DNA from: Heptranchias perlo
Taxonomy: Eukaryota
DNA: 64,000 bases
Reading direction: 5' to 3'
Assembly (NCBI RefSeq): GCF_035084215.1
Contig: NC_090359.1
Coordinates: 15,872,001-15,936,000 of the forward strand
The translations under genes and the position numbers were made by a program. Positions 1-10,200 of this stretch are shown here, piece by piece; the first letter of the stretch is position 1; each line of letters begins with the position of its first letter. The notes beneath the pieces are model-generated. The model was not told the DNA's origin and did no database searches. It was given only the letters and a program-made list of their open reading frames with translations.

Positions 1-1318
1 GCTGTGATTGTGTTTATTTATTGGTTTTTCCCCTTGGCTTCTGCCTCCTGTTCCGAAGGAGCAGCTCATTCTGGGAGGTTCCTTTCGGGTGACGGTGGCC
101 CCGGGATCCCTCACCCGACAGCTGAGTCCTCACTTGTGATCCTTGAGATTAAGTTTATTTTGTCGATTCCGACACTGGGAGGTCCGCGGGGCAGGACGTC
201 ACCAACTATGAAAGTGAAAGGCGACAAGACGAGTTAAATCAGGAAATACAGACAAGGTGACTCTAGATTTGGTTTAAATCGTAATGCGGGGGAGAAACCT
301 AATGATTTGACCCACACAATACCAGAGACTTTGATTTTAGAAAATACATTGAAAACACGAGCCTGGTATTGAGTTGCTGCCCGTCATCTTTCAGTAATTA
401 ATTAGATGAGGTTTCCAGTGCAGTATTGTGAATGGATCATGACACAATATGTCAAGGAATTTAATTCTGTAACGTGCTCCAGTTATAACCAGGTCCAGTC
501 TTTATATCTCAGCACAAGGCGTGAGAAAAACAAAGGACAGTCGGATCCTCGGAATAAGAGATCGATCCCAGGAGCCGCGCGGAATAAGAACAAATCACCG
601 CCAACTCTCACTCATGGTCTCCAGCTCATCCCCCTCCCGAACCAGTGTCAAGACTGGTTTCCCCACTCTCCACAATAACACACATGGACTGAAGTATACA
701 GTCATCGTCATTCAACTAGTCCAAACAATACTTTAAACATCAAATACATCAAAAGTCCTGTGAAGCCATTTTGCTGAAATATAATTATGATCTGAGAGGA
801 ACATTTGACGGGAACACAAGATTGTACCTTCGAGTGAGGAGGACGGTTTCTGTCACATGTTTTATTTATCTGATGCGTATTCCGTTTGTTCCCTGTCCTT
901 CTATCCTGAAGACACTGACTCATGCCGGGATACACAGCCGCAATCTGCTCTCCGGAACCCCAGGCGATCGTTCCTCGGGAAACACGACAATCTCACCCGG
1001 TCCTTCCTCACCCGATCTCCACAACAGGCGCACTTTCCACCAGGAGGCAGTGGATTACACTCAGGACTGTGCGCCCTGCCTGTTTGACCCCTGCCTGGCC
1101 GGGGAGCACCAAGGACACATTTAGACCCCAGACTCGACAGTTCAGCACAGAGCGAGGGTGAGTTACTCGGTGCATTGACCAATGGGACAAGGATGGAAGT
1201 TTTAACTGTATCACAAAACGGTGAAGAATAACATTCCACATTTACCAGGCTCAGAGCACAAACAGCAACATAGTTAAACATTCTGTTATTTACACCGTAC
1301 GTGCTGATAATGACTTAC

Positions 1319-1388
1319 CAGGTACTCCAATTGCTGCCAGAACAGGATAATAAATGAATTCTATCTCCGTAAATCGCGACAAACGCAT
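1319..1388 (-). CDS. First coding exon of a GPR139-like GPCR (MRLSRFTEIEFIYYPVLAAIGVP, phase-1 intron follows); rest of gene not found in window
   Basis: ATG at 1388, 23 codons + 1 nt, then donor GTAAGT at 1318; IYYPxLAAIGVP with a phase-1 intron resembles exon 1 of the GPR139/142 family. Too short for the ORF track. Confidence 0.7.
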
Positions 1389-2019
1389 TTCTCTGTGGAG
1401 ACAATGTCTTTCGGTGCTATAAAGAGGTATGTGAACTGCGATAGTCAGGTAACGAAGTTAAAACAGCGAGATACTTATAATGTAAATAAACCCCGAATGG
1501 GACAATTAGATCGCATCCCGACTGACATCACATATTATTTACAGACTCCTGAACAAACAAGTTTTGGTCCCACCTGACCTTTGACTATCACAATCATTAA
1601 GGTGACAGCTGAGTAACCTTTTGGAACAATGAATTCAACAATGACAGAGTCACAATTTCTACATTTAATAAATTACATGAAGATTGAAACCAACAGCACA
1701 CAGTGTAAGAAAAATCGAAACCCAGTTCACCAATGTGACATTTTTACTTGAATCTTCTGTACTCCCATTCCCAGGCCGGTCCTGCTATTCCCTGTCACCC
1801 TACTATGTAATTTAGCACAGTCCTTGTCACCTTGTTTCACTCATTCCCCCTCTTTCTGTCTCTCTCAATGTCCAGGCCTCTCTCCCTCACACACACTCCT
1901 TTTACTTGACTCCCAAATTTCTCTCTCTGTTAATCTACCTCTTTTATTCCCTCTTTCTCTGGAACTCCATTTTCTTCCTGATTTCCTCTCTTTCTGGCTA
2001 ACGTTAGTACACTCAAAAT

Positions 2020-2175
2020 AATTTTTGAGACTGAGATTGATAGATTTTTGTTTAATGAAGATATCAAGGGATATGGATCAAAGGCGGGTAATTGGAGTTG
2101 AGGTACAGATCAGCCATGATCTGACTGAATGGCGGCACAGGATTGAGGGACTGAATGACCCACTTCTGTTCTTAT
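2020..2175 (+). mobile_element. CR1-type LINE 3' end fragment
   Basis: Resembles CR1 3' end (gagattgatagattt...gatcagccatgatct...gaatggcgg...). Confidence 0.55.
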
Positions 2176-2669
2176 AAGATAATTTTTCACATCTTTATTA
2201 TTGGCCACAGCTCACACTCTGGGTTCAAATGAGTTGTTACTCTTTTCTGCCAGCTGGTGGAATTTACGTTAAAGTCTGGCTGATCTCTGCACCTCAGTGA
2301 AAGACAGAGCCAAGCATAGTTCTGGGAGCCTTTGCTACTTGTCTGACCGCTGCAGGCAGACCACAGCTCTTAAAGGGACAGTGCACCAAAAATCCAGAAC
2401 CACAAGCTGAAGGGAAGCAAGCAACAATGTCCCGACAGGTCACTCAGCAGCTGGGCAGCAGCTCATGGCGTTGTGTTTGACGACAGTCCTTTTATCATTT
2501 ACTCTAAAACCCGAGTCACTCACAACATTCTAGAAACACTCAGCGAGTCGGGCCCCATCTGTGGAGAGAACAGACCAATTAACTGAGATCTCAATGAGAT
2601 GAGGAACAAGACACGCCCCCCTGTGAGAAACAAAGAACTTGCATTCATATAGCACCTTTCACATCCTCC

Positions 2670-2830
2670 TTCAAACCTGCCTGTTTGACCAAGCTTTTGG
2701 TCACGTGTCCTGATATCTCCTTACATGGCTCGGTGTCAAATTTTGTTTGAAAATCGCTCCTTTGAAGCGCCTTGGGACGTTTCACGACCTTAAAGGCTCG
2801 ATATAAATGCAAGTTGTTGTTGATGTTATT
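2670..2830 (+). mobile_element. L2-type LINE 3' end with (TTG)n tail
   Basis: Ends aatgcaagttgttgttg; same family end at 60490-60630. Confidence 0.6.
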
Positions 2831-3041
2831 CACAGTGAGATTGTGCGTTTCATTTCTTCCTCATTATTGTGGTTCTGACATCGAGGTGAAGAGTGACAGA
2901 GAGCAGATTTTAAAACCGTTGGAATATCAGTGAAATTAAATTGTGGCAAGTGAGAAACTCCAAGTCAGTTTTGCTCTGTATTTCCTGCATCCAATATTGC
3001 AGATAAATGAAAGTGAAGCTTTTGAAGGCAGAGAGTTTAAT

Positions 3042-3112
3042 CGCCCCGTCAGATAATTGAACCCCTGTCTTTCCACGTGACAGGCGAAGATACTCATCAC
3101 TATACTCATGGA
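3042..3112 (-). pseudogene. tRNA-Asp(GTC) pseudogene
   Basis: Reverse complement is a degenerate match to vertebrate tRNA-Asp; its flank is homologous to the flanks of the Asp copies at 51356-53482. Confidence 0.75.
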
Positions 3113-3430
3113 AAAGGCCATCCCTGATCACTTCCTTGTATCCCTCTGTACCCACATCCCCCTTCCCCCTCCAAAACCCACTTCCTTCTGTGTTCGCCCA
3201 TCAAAAAAACCCTCCCCCCAAGTCACTTACAATCACAATTTCAAAGTCCCAACTGTCCAGCCTTTGGCCCTCCATTCACCACGACATTTCTGCAGCGACC
3301 GATCTGCTCAATCACACTCTCACCTCCACTTTTGATGCAGTTGTCCTCATTAAAACCATTACTCTCTCTCACACTGTTCGGCCACCCTGGTACAGCTCTC
3401 GTCTCCTCTCCCTGAAGTCCAAGGGACAGG
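3113..3430 (+). mobile_element. L2-like LINE fragment
   Basis: C-rich L2 ORF2-like sequence starting at an SDH-like motif (ctctgatcacttccttgtatcc family). Confidence 0.5.
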
Positions 3431-3431
3431 G

Positions 3432-3900
3432 TACGGTCGCATAGTGATGATGTTACTGGACGAGTAATCCAGTAGGCCCGGACTAATAATCGGGAGTCAT
3501 GAGTTCAAATCTCCACCACAGGAGCTGGGGAATTTAAAATCAGTTCATTAAATAAAATCGGGACTGAAAAGCTACTATCAGAAATGGTAACTGTGAATGT
3601 ACTGGATTGTCATAAAAATCCCTCTGGTTCACTGATGCCCACCTGAGGGAAGGAAACATGCCGTTCTCAGACCAATTAACTGAGAGTCTCAATGAGACAA
3701 GGAACGAGACACGGGCTCTTCACAAATTGTCACGGGACCTTTTACACTTCGGAGCAGAAAGAAGGGACCGCCATTAAACACCTCATTCAAAGGACAGCAC
3801 CTCTCACGATGCAGCTCCGTCTCAGCACGACACAGTCAGTCTGGATCATGTGTCCCAGTCCTGGAACGGGAGCTGGAACCCACACCCTTCGAAACACCTG
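3432..3900. mobile_element. Two SINE fragments (tRNA-headed SINE on +, then a second SINE family)
   Basis: A/B-box-like head (agtg...gagttcaaatc); second piece matches SINE copies at 23420-23780, 35960-36320 and 57930-58330. Confidence 0.5.
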
Positions 3901-4334
3901 CCTGACTCCCTGGAGTTACTCTCACCCCCGGCGAGTCATGAACCAGATTGTGCCACTCCCAGAGTAACTGATGACCACAGCCTCAGCCCTGGGTCCCGGT
4001 CTGCACCATAACCGCAGCCTGTTACCGCTCATAGAAAGTGGCGTGGGATTCCTGAGTTCATTCTGTGATGTGCATTGGGGGAGTGGGACAACATGGATTG
4101 ATCTTGCATAGAGCTGGCATGGACTCGATGGGCCGAATGGCCTCCTTCCGTGCTGTAACCTTTCTATGATTCTATGATTCCATGTGGGTGGAGAGGGATA
4201 CAAGGAAGTGATCAGAGATGGCCTTATCCATGATTGACACGATCGGGAGTAGAGAGGCCACGTGAGATGGCAAGGTCGAGGGGGTGGCCATGAATATGGG
4301 TCGGGGAGTTTCTATGCAGGGAGAGATTAAGGGA

Positions 4335-4868
4335 GGATAAAGTATCACATAATAGACTTGTTTTAAAAATTGAAGCCCATGGGATTAAACGGACAATGGC
4401 AGCGTGGATATAAAATTGGCTCAGGAGCAGAAAACAGAGAGTAGAGGTGAACGGTTGTTTTTCAGACTGGAGGCAAGTACACAGTGGTGTCCCCCAGGGC
4501 TCGGTATTGGGACCACTGCTCTTTTTGATATATATTAATGACCGGGACTTGGGAGTACAGGGTATAATTTCAAAGTTTTCAGATGACACGAAACTCAGAA
4601 ATGTAATAAACAATGTGGAGGACAGTAACAGACTTCAGGAGGACAGAGACAGACTGGTGAAATGGGCAGAAACATGGCAGATGAAATTTACTGCAGAGAA
4701 TTGTGAAGTGATACATTTTGGTAGGAAGATTGAGGAGAGACAATATAAACTAAATGGAACAATTTTAAATGGAGTGGATGAATAGAGAGACCTGGGGGTG
4801 TCGTTACACAAATCTTTGAAGGTGGCAGGACAAGTTGAGAAGGCTGTTAAGTAAGCAAATGGGGCCCT
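4335..4868 (+). mobile_element. CR1 LINE reverse transcriptase fragment, broken at 4868
   Basis: ORF 4447-4785 SGVPQGSVLGPLLFLIYIND...KFSDDTKL; inverted paralog at 56960-57490 continues beyond the break. Confidence 0.85.
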
Positions 4869-4899
4869 GAAAGACATCCAATCGTTTCAAAACAGCGAC

Positions 4900-5790
4900 T
4901 TTTTTTTCTTTTTCTTTTTTTCTTCTTTTTTGTGTGTTTTTAGGCTCCCCTTTTATAAGAAGGGGGGTTTAGGGTTTGTTTATGTGCAAAAACACCCAAA
5001 GAAAACCAAAAACCAGTGTCAAATTAAGATTTTATTATTTTTGTCCAGAATGCACTCCAGCCCCTGCAGTGCCCACCGGTCGGGGAAACCGGGGAGTAAG
5101 TGAACTCCAGCTCCCCAACTCACCCGGCACCGTGCCCAGAGACCGGGAGAAGGGGCTCCCTCCACCCACACCGCCACCAACCGACCTGGCAGGTGAGACG
5201 TTTTTATTAAAACCGTCCACTAGGTCGAGCAGGTCCTGGGAGATGTCGAGCCGCGAGCGGGCGAATTCAGCCTCATCGGCCTCGCCCACCCCGGCAACCA
5301 GGACGCCCGACCCGGTGAACTGTATACTCTCCTCCGTGCCCGGATCCGCGACCCCCCTCATAGGCAGGGTCTCCCCATCCCCCCCCGGGAGGCACGGACT
5401 CGGTCTCCTCCCCCCGAGTGGTGGACGACTCCCGCCGATGGTGTGAAATGGAGGGTGGGGCCCCAGGATCCGCGTCAGGCGCCAACTCCCCTTCCACGGG
5501 GGGCCGTCCCTTTGCAGGGTTCCAGTCCGCTTCCAGGGAGTGGCGCCTTTTTTTCTTTCCGGAGGCTCGCGGAGGGAGGGTCTGCTGGGGCCCCCTCCTC
5601 CGCTCCCTCCTGACCAACGATCTGCCCGGCCTCCGTCGCGACCACGAGATGTAGATCGGCCGCGGTCACGATCGCAGCCTCGGGCTCACTCGATTGTTCA
5701 GCATCCCGGGGACCAGCCTCCAGATGTTTGATTTTCCTCCCTGCCTTTTTTCCGCGAGAGTGCCCTCCTTCCCCCCCGGCGGAGGCCTTG
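4900..5790 (-). mobile_element. Tx1-clade internally deleted element (ORF1 middle fused to ORF2 3' end + 3' UTR + A-rich tail)
   Basis: ORF1-like RLDISQDLLDLV joined at ~5080 to the ORF2 end (...WALQGLECILD); 3' hairpin at ~4943-4967. Confidence 0.85.
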
Positions 5791-6104
5791 TGTTGTTTTT
5801 TTTATTCTTCGAGTGTGTTCATGTGCAGTAAACAATAAACCCAGAATATGTGTCATAATAATTTTTTTCCCTTGTGTTTTCGGCCCTCTTTCATAAGAAG
5901 GGGGGGTTTGGGTGGTTTTTTTTGTCGACTGGAAGTTCAGTCAGAATTAGGCTTTTTTTCCCCCTTTTTCCTTGTGTGTTTTTAGGCCCCCCTTTTATAA
6001 GTAGTGGGGGGGGGGTTCAGGGTGTGTTCATGTGCAGTAAACCAAAAAACCCAAAATAAGTGTCAAATAATAATTTTTTTATTTCGGTCCAGGATGCACT
6101 CCAG
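5791..6104 (-). mobile_element. Short Tx1 3'-end fragments and tag string
   Basis: Three 3' UTR pieces each ending in oligo(A), plus a piece resembling the element 5' region (5929-5944 vs 9842-9858). Confidence 0.75.
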
Positions 6105-6130
6105 TTTCGTCTAGTTTTCTCGTTTAGCCT

Positions 6131-6176
6131 CATCTGGGACAATTGGAGTCAGTTGACTGCAGGTTGTGTATAAAAG
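6131..6176 (+). promoter_or_regulatory. ZP3-like gene 1 core promoter: three E-boxes and TATA box
   Basis: CATCTG 6131, CAATTG 6140, CAGTTG 6150, TATAAAAG 6169-6176, 51 nt upstream of ATG; E-boxes (FIGLA sites) are typical of ZP promoters. Confidence 0.6.
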
Positions 6177-6219
6177 GTGCTGGTTGGTGGGTAAAGTGAT
6201 AGTTGAGTTGTTTGGTATC

Positions 6220-9028
6220 ATGGGGGATTTTGTGGTGAGAGGTTTGTTCCCGGTGCTGGTGTTAGTTGGAGTGGTTTGTTACTCTGACATTTGGCAACAG
6301 TTTAGAGGGCAGAGATTTCCATGGAGAAGAGTAAAACCCACCCCTGTGCCCCAGAGAGTCCCTTCCCCTGTGCCTCCCTTTGGTTCCCATTTCAGTGTGT
6401 CTGAGGGGAGAAGTCTGTCCCCACTGCAGACTGTGATGGTGCAGTGTGGAGAGCAGAACCTGCTGGTGAGGGTAGACATGGATTTATTTAGAACCAGGCA
6501 CCTGATTAAAGCTGCTGACCTGACCTTGGGGACAGCAGGTTGTCGGCCAACTGGGATCCACTCTCAGAACCACACTGTCCTCTTTGACTATGGGCTCCAT
6601 GAATGTGGCAGCAGATTGCAGGTAATGTGATTCCTCAACTCTTGCTCCAATTTCACTGTGTAGATTACTGCCCACTCAGAACTCATTAACATCGGGTGAA
6701 ACTCCAGCCACTGAGGAGATCCCTGAATGAAATCTGTGTATAAATTCTTGCCCACTGTTAAATATCACCCTGTGTGAAACTACTTCTTTATGTTGACATG
6801 TCAATCTTAGCTTTATATTTAAAAAGAACTTCAAATTGTCACTGAGGGACTGCATCTTTCTTAAATGGGTCATTACTACTCTAACTCTGAGATTCAACTC
6901 TATTGGCCTTGAACCTTCACCTACATTTCTCCAAACCACTCTGTTCTTTTGTGCCTCAATTGATTTATCTTTTCTGTGCCTTCCTGTGGATATTCAGGCC
7001 TGTTGCCTCAACTTGTGGTCAATGAATGTTCAGTGTGGAAGTTCCTGTTGAGACTTCTCTTGAAAGATGAAACAAGTGGAATAATAATTGGGATACAATG
7101 TATTAAAGGGGAACTCCACTTTTGGTTATTACACCTGCCAATCCCCTTGATTCCATGGATACAGGTGAGGTTTTAAAGTGATGTTGTGTTTTGTGCTCCA
7201 TATCAGGGGTAACTTGAAGCCCCTTAAGGTGAAAGCTCTATTCTATATGGGAAAGAATGCTCATCAAATCTGGCAGTGCCAATCATTTCAGGGTTTCTGA
7301 CTGCAGGCCTGAAGTCCCCTGTAATACAAGGTGGACTGAGCAGAGTAACAGAGGCTGCTCCAGGCAACTTCAACCAATGGTGGAGCTGCTTCAATCATGT
7401 GTGATTGAGGAGCAGCTAAAACCCCTCAAACTGCTGTTTAACAGGGCAGGAAAATGACCAGAAATAGCTCTTGTCCAATAAGACCAGCTCTTCATTCCTT
7501 AAGCTGATGTCTTTCAGATGGCTGGAGATTTCCTGGTCTATACCACCCACCTGAACCATACCCCAAATGCTCGTGGATCTGTCATTGTGAGAACTAATGG
7601 AGTAGTCATTCCCATTGAGTGCCACTATTTTAGGTAAGAATCTTTACTCTATTGCAAATGAGGTCTACAGGAGGTGCAGTTCTCTGAAGTTGTCCTGAAA
7701 TTACACGCCTGTCCTTCCAGGAAGGGCAATGTGAGCAGTGACCCTATCAAGCCCACCTGGATCCCATTCAGCTCGACCAAGTCTGGAGAAGGGCTTCTGT
7801 CATTCTCACTGTGTCTTATGAATGGTATGTGATGTGTGGATGGGGAGTGCTTTTCTGTCGTCTCCCACTGGGAGTTACACCCACTGTCTCCAACCCTTGT
7901 CCTCTTGTACTTCAGATGACTGGCTTACAGAGCGCACCTCGACTGTCTACTACCTGGGTGACCTCATTCACATTGAGGCCTCTGTTTCGATGACCAACCA
8001 CATGCCCTTGAAACTCTACATTGACAGCTGTGCAGCTACATTGAGCCCAGGCAAGGATTCCACCCCAAGATACAACATCATTGACTACCATGGGTAAGGA
8101 GCTCTCTGCCTATTCCAGCTGGTTATGTCCCAAAGGTTCACTTAATTCACTTTGTCTGTTTTTTTAATCTTTCTTCAGTTGCCTCCTGGACAGCAAAGCT
8201 GAGGACTCCTTTTCAACCTTTGTGTTGCCAAGAGGTGAACGTGAGCTGGACAAACTCCAGTTTGATCTGGATGCATTCCGCTTCTTTGGAGATGACCGTT
8301 CCCTGGTAAGAGGAAGCCAAACATTGGGTTCCCCATGTTGGGAGGAGGTCACGAAATAACAACTTGTATTGAATGTGTTCCTCAGATTTTCATCACCTGT
8401 CACCTGAAAGTTGCTGCAGTGGATCGGAGAGATTCCATGAACAAAGCTTGTCCTTTCCAGAATATGTAAGTTCCCTCTCTCACTCAGGGATGTGTTGTAT
8501 TAAAGGGTGATGGACAACCTGGTTGATAAACTGATTCTCTGGTTTAGCTCGACCCCATTGGAAGAATTGACCAATGACGTGTGCGCCTGTTGTCATCTGG
8601 GCAACTGCAGTGCGAGGAGGGAATTCTGACTTGATTCCAGAGGAAGGAGGGATCTTGTGTATCTGGACCTGGTAGGACATTGATCCTCTCTGTGTTGGTG
8701 GTCACCCTTTACCCTCTCTAACTGGAATGTTTGATATTGCAGGGAGTGATGCTGAATTGAAGTGGGAGGGTGAAGCCTCACTTGGACCCCTGGTCATTCT
8801 GGATCCTGAAGTGTTAGAGCTGGCAACTGAGCCCCTTAATGATGTTGAGCAAAGGATGCAGGAGAGGTCTCCAGGTGGTGAGTTGGCGGACTGCTGGTTT
8901 CCATTTTCCCCTCAATATTTCCTTCACTCACTGACCATTGGTTTCTTCTTCCGTTTTAGGTGTGGAGTCTGAGGTGGTCCTGATCCTGATCCTGGCCCTG
9001 ACTGTGACCGCTGTCTCTGATCTCTGCT
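6220..9028 (+). pseudogene. zp3: Zona pellucida ZP3-like gene copy 1, disrupted. Exons 6220-6621, 7518-7633, 7721-7824, 7916-8093, 8179-8305, 8386-8465, 8548-~8671, 8743-8877, 8960-9028
   Basis: Signal peptide, ZP-N (VQCGE...LHECGS), ZP-C ([27 protein letters not shown]), GT-AG introns; in-frame TGA at 8627-8629, 2-bp indels relative to copy 2 in exons 7 and 9, last exon cut by Tx1 tail. Confidence 0.88.
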
Positions 9029-9920
9029 TTTTTTTCTTAGGCCCCCCTTTTATAATTAGTGGGGGTTCAGGGTGTGTTTGTGCAGAAAACCGAAAACCAA
9101 AAACCAGTGTCAAATTAAGATTTTATTATTTTTGTCCAGGATGCTCTCCAGCCCCTGCAGTGCCCATCGGCGGAGATGGTGTCGCCATATTCCATCGAGC
9201 TACACCCACCCCAAGTCTCAGGCCGACTAATAACAAAGGCCTTGCAAAAGAAAACCTCCTCTCCCCAATTCCCACTGTGTTTGGAGAGGGGCTCCTTTGC
9301 AGGATTTTGTAAAAAAGAATATCCGTGATAGTGGGAGGGATGGTCGAATGGGAAGGAGGGAGTCTGCAGGGGTGGGCTGCTGCAGAAGTGGGTGGAAGAG
9401 GGGCGGGGTTGCACCTTAACAGGTGGATCTTCTGGTGGGCAGGGGGAGGAGATGTCTTCCCCTAGACAGCTGGAGCTGCCCAGTCCTCCACAGATTGAAA
9501 AGTAACTTCACCCAGGCAGCTCCAGCTGTCCTGGGCCAGACACTGGGGGGGAAACCCCCTGTTCTGTATGATCTTTCCTCCCCCTACCTTCAGTTGGTCA
9601 CACTGCACCGCACCGACCTCCTCTTCCTCCCTCTGTTGGATGGTATCGGTCAGCAGCAGTACACCCCTCACAGTGAATGGTGGTCTTCTTCTTCCTCCTT
9701 CCTCCCTGTTGGTTGTTTGTTCCTCTCCTTCTCCTTCTCCTTCTCCTGGATTCAGAGGTATACAAGCGAGGGCTGGTACTTTTCACCCTGCTCTCCACCC
9801 AGAGCTTTAACTCTGACCTCTGCTCTACTCAGCAGTATTAACTGGCAAGTTCAGTCAGGCTGATTCCTGGATGGATTGATGGTCTGTCTGAAAGACATCC
9901 AATCGTATCCCAACAGTGAC
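9028..9920 (-). mobile_element. Bipartite non-autonomous Tx1 derivative (~0.9 kb): 5' UTR + first ORF1 codons fused to last ~60 nt of ORF2 + 3' UTR
   Basis: ATGGCGACACCATCT (MATPS, 9189) joined at ~9170 to TGGGCACTGCAGGGGCTGGAG; 5' UTR homologous to 20540-21250. Confidence 0.85.
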
Positions 9921-10200
9921 TCCTTATTTTTTCTTTTAGAAATTTATGAAATAGGACAATGGAAGTGATTGAACGAAAGGAGCATCCTAAAGACATTGAG
10001 TTGGATCAAAAACAGTTTTTTACTATTTTCACCACTCCGCTCAGCTCAGGAGTGTGGGATGGAAGAGCAGCCGGGGGTTTTATCAGCTACTCTTTTTCTG
10101 ATGAGTCTGAAAGACATCCAATCGCATCAAAGCAGTGACCTTTTTGCTGTTTTTAGCAGCCAGGATTTTTTCGCGACTTTTTTCCATTCCCAACAGCGAC

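Noticed and set aside
10098-10120. CTGATGAGTCTGAAAGAC resembling a hammerhead core
   Set aside because: The required GAAA after stem II is absent, and CTGATGA is missing from other copies of the motif
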